A DNA stretch of 64,000 bases, taken from positions 74,883,190-74,947,189 of the forward strand of contig NC_085846.1 of NCBI RefSeq assembly GCF_035594765.1. The letters run 5' to 3'. A program made the position numbers and the translations under genes. This document shows positions 62,574 through 64,000 of this stretch, in pieces. The notes under the pieces were generated by a model. That model saw only the letters and a program-made list of their open reading frames with translations. It was not told where the DNA came from and made no database searches. Within the stretch, counting starts at the first letter, position 1. Every line of letters begins with the position of its first letter. Source of the DNA: Anolis carolinensis (Eukaryota).

Positions 62574-63221
62574 CAGTCATTCCGGGGGCGCAGTTGAGGC
62601 CCCCGGGAGGATGGCGCCACCCCCGCCTCCTTCTTTGGACTGTGCGGGCCTTCTTCGGACCGCGTAGGCTCCAGAAGGCCTGATGCGGGCTCCGGAAGCC
62701 CACATTGGGCCTTCCGGTGGGCCGGGGGGCCTTCCAGAGCCTGCGCTGGGCTTTCCGGAGCTCACGTTGGGCACTCCGGAGTCCATGCTGGGCCTTTCTT
62801 AGCCCACGCCGGGCACTCCGGAGCCCGCTGCCATCTGTAGGAAGCAAGGCAAGTGGGGTTTATTTGTCTGTGGAATAATGTCCAGGGTGGGAGAAAGAGC
62901 TCTTGTCTGTTGGGAGGCAGGTGTGTATTAATGGGGTAAATAATGACCTTGATTAGCATTTAATGGCCCTGTGACTTCAAGGCCTGGCTTCGTCTTGCCT
63001 TGGAGAATCTTTTTTTGGGAGGTGTTAGCGGTCCCTGATTGCTTCCTGTCTGGATTTCCCCGGTTTTCAGAGTATTGTTCTTTATTTAGGCTTTTCTTTA
63101 ATCCCTCCTTATTATCCAACATTTTTGCTTATCCAACGCTTTTATTTTTCGGTGATTGGTTTGGGGGGGGGGGCAAAATTTCTGTTCGCCTATAATTGAA
63201 AATTACCTTGGACCTGCTCTG
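62574..63221. mobile_element. Composite GC-rich element: 21-bp minisatellite, Penelope-like segment and DNA-transposon-like end
   Basis: Abrupt GC/CpG rise at 62574; 62835-63085 resembles lizard Penelope terminal sequence (from recall); TTATCCAAC doublet; CAG...CTG ends; no TSD found. Confidence 0.5.
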
Positions 63222-63433
63222 ACTCCTCTTTTCCCTGTAAAGAGGTATCAGCATGCTCTTTTTGTGCATGTGATAGCCATGTGGGAAAGAGAATGTAATA
63301 CAGTTGTCCCTCATTCTCTGAAACACCCTACTCCCACATGTAGGGATAGGTAGTGCTTCAGGTATAGGGACAGTTCCCATCTCCATCTTTATTTAGCAAA
63401 TGTAGGCCCACGGGCCTGGGTTGACCCATACCT

Positions 63434-63595
63434 GGTCTACACTGGTCATACAATGCAGATTCAAACTGCATTATATGGCATCGTAGATCCAGACTTAGAC
63501 ACATAAAATATATTTGAAGTGCACTGAACTGCATTATATGGGTCTACATTGACTATATAATGCAGTTCAAACTGCAGTATTGGCAGTTCAGATCT
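63434..63595. mobile_element. Short palindromic MITE units (Harbinger-like)
   Basis: TCTACACTG..CATA.AATGCAG / CTGCATTATATGGCA..GTAGA inverted pairs, repeated. Confidence 0.6.
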
Positions 63596-64000
63596 GGTTT
63601 TTGACTCTGGAGAAAGAGTTGATATATCCGCTTGGTCACGAAAACCCACTGGGCAAGTCAAACAAGAAAACCCTTAGGGTGACCTAAAGTCAAAAATGAC
63701 TTAAAGGCACACTGCCTATCATTTTCAGATAAACATTAAAAGAGGGTTACAGTTTGGTCAGTCACTTAGAAAACAATACACAAACATTTTTCAAATGCCT
63801 TCTGGCCTTTCACTTGTCATCAGATTAGATGTGTATTAGATCGAGAAAGAAATACCTTTAAAAATACAGACCAAAAAAATCCCTCCGCATCACCCTTCAA
63901 ATTCTATTTTAGAAGCTGTGTAGGCTTCCTCTTATCTCTCCTCTCTATCTTCCCCCATTCCACTAAGCTTGATTGAAAAGGAGGAGAGGGAAGTACTGGA

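Overview
Eukaryotic, AT-rich, repeat-dense vertebrate DNA. The repeat complement (Sauria SINEs with ACCTTT tails, Vingi, R4/Dong, L2, CR1, RTE, Penelope, SPIN-like and other hAT MITEs) points to a squamate, most likely an Anolis-like lizard (inference). I cannot support any host protein-coding gene. Every recognisable ORF is a retroelement or transposase fragment, so the window looks intronic or intergenic. Two low-confidence minus-strand exon candidates lie at about 40581-40835 (downstream of a TATA box) and 19959-20051. Several nested insertions can be resolved by their target-site duplications (TSDs): a Gypsy-like solo LTR inside a Helitron, a SINE inside an L1 inside a SINE, a hAT MITE inside a SINE, and a CR1 inside an RTE. 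The most interesting signal is two dissimilar solo LTRs that each carry an acidic, Arg-patch reading frame open from the LTR edge in the same phase. One contains an HMGN-like R(C/R)RSARLAAR motif. Family names come from motif recall, not from database searches.
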